NCBI GenBank assembly: GCA_963514005.1
Contig: OY740799.1
Span: 11,036,001 to 11,100,000 of the forward strand
Source of the DNA: Raja brachyura
Lineage: Eukaryota
DNA: 64,000 bases
Reading direction: 5' to 3'
Of this stretch, positions 62,535 through 64,000 are shown piece after piece. Position numbers and translations under genes: made by a program. Below the pieces are notes generated by a model. It made no database searches and was not told where the DNA came from. It worked only from the letters and a program-made list of their open reading frames with translations. Numbering within the stretch: the stretch's first letter is position 1; every line of letters starts with the position of its first letter.

Positions 62535-62859
62535 CTTTAAAAATAACAAGTGCACAAAGTTATATGAGTGGATTAGACCTGGTCACACATAAACTGAACT
62601 AAAAGATCAATTTGCTGACCTTTAGAAATAGCACAACACCAAAAACCACAAAACATGTTTTTCATGAATAGAGGAAATGGAAATGTGTGTGGAAAATGTT
62701 TGCGCAATTTTTAGGTCATGTAAAGTGACATTGTTTTGTAATTCCTCAATTTGGTTTATAATCAAATCCAGCTTTTGGATCTAATGACATGCTTTACTTT
62801 TTAATTAGAAATTATATCTATATATATATGTAATTTCTGATAAAAAAAGTTTAACGTAA

Positions 62860-63800
62860 TTAGAATAAGGATATAAGTGGCTTGTTGTAGAACCTCTGAA
62901 AAGTCGATTCATTTGACCATCCTGCGGCCGCGAGGATGTGGTCTAGAGGGACGTCCATTGCCCTCACCACTGACGTCGACGCTGCCCTGGTGGAATGAGA
63001 TTTAACGTTTTCAGTATTAACTCCCGCACATCCCAGGACTTGCTTCAGCCATCGTGAGATGGTCTGAGATGACACTTGCTTATGTGGCTTTTTGTGGCTT
63101 ATAAGTAGTGCTACCTCAGACCCTCTGAGGCTCTTCGTAACATCAATATAATGCTTCAAATGCTCCACTACACGCAGGCGTGAATCTGCTGGATAAGCTG
63201 ACAATACAAGCTTGAATCCTGACACCCCTGGTCTGCTCTGTTTGAGTAAGTCATAGACGTAAAAAGTAACGGCATTTTGTGATGACACCATCCAGTCCAG
63301 ATGCAGTTTGTTGAGAGTCTGAACCCTCTGCGCTGATGTAAGCACCATGATCATGACCAATTTGAGGGTGATCCTTAGTAAGGACAATGATGAGGCTGTT
63401 CCCCATTGACGGAGCACCATGAGTACCATGCTCACATCCCAGATTTGAGAGTACCTAGGCCCAGGAGGATTGGAATTAAACACACCCTTCATGAATCTTG
63501 ATATTAACAGGTGGGACCCTAAAGGTGGAGATCTGACCCTCGACACAAGTATGCTGACAGGGCACTCCTGGCACTGTTGATGGCACTGTAACTCAGCCCT
63601 TCACTGGATAGGAATTCTAGCACATCTGGGATGGAGACCGTGTGATGTGATGTTCCCATGTAAGCAAAATTCCTCCCATTTCCTGATATGGGAGAGGTAT
63701 TGCCTTTTTGTGCTATCCCTCCAGGATGATGTGATGGTATCCACAGTCTGATTGGACAGGCCCAGGTACGGCCTTTTAAAAATCTGCAAATCAACAAATT
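62860..63800 (-). mobile_element. DIRS-type retrotransposon tyrosine recombinase fragment
   Basis: Catalytic motifs SAQRV, KSHSTRAASTS and AAGWSNESTFQRFY in ORF 62860-63546. Frameshifted N-terminal part GLSYSAINSARSALS. Confidence 0.85.
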
Positions 63801-64000
63801 TACACGATCATTCAATGGGCACAACCTTATTTCTTGATATCATTTTGTTGATATCAGGAAATAAAACCGTGCCTCCTTTGAGGGTGTCATAAATCAGGAC
63901 GAGCGGAGATTGTGTGACAAGGAAGTAATTCAAGTGGAAAACAACAATTTGCTAGCCAGAAAAATAAGGTGTGCCGATTACTAAGGTAACATTATAAAGT

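Overview
Repeat-rich vertebrate genomic DNA. The repeat complement (CR1 LINEs, V-SINEs, Penelope-derived short repeats, long poly-G/C runs) points to a cartilaginous fish, probably a skate or ray; this is inference. Most short ORFs in the track are shadows of repeats. Manual splice-phase reconstruction gives four genes, all on the minus strand. (1) The 3' cytoplasmic exons of an ITIM+ITSM inhibitory receptor at about 58.8-62.5 kb. (2) An in-frame gene of 8 coding exons and 978 aa, with the architecture signal peptide - B7-like IgV - transmembrane helix - NACHT - LRR (36.7-46.0 kb). This is an apparently membrane-spanning NLR with an extracellular Ig domain, and a cluster of ISRE-like motifs lies upstream. 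(3) A small gene encoding only the C-terminal LSAM/prodomain of legumain (25.8-30.6 kb). It has its own putative first exon, no signal peptide, and one cysteine lost from each of the two disulfides. (4) The first coding exon and CpG island of TSPAN33 at about 9 kb. Mobile elements include CR1 LINEs, a full-length but inactivated Passport-like Tc1, hAT and Harbinger MITEs, a Helitron end with a minisatellite, a DIRS-type tyrosine recombinase fragment, and many Penelope pseudo-LTR fragments carrying a minimal hammerhead ribozyme core. All gene models are hand-spliced and need transcript confirmation. Comparisons to human proteins are from memory, not from a search.
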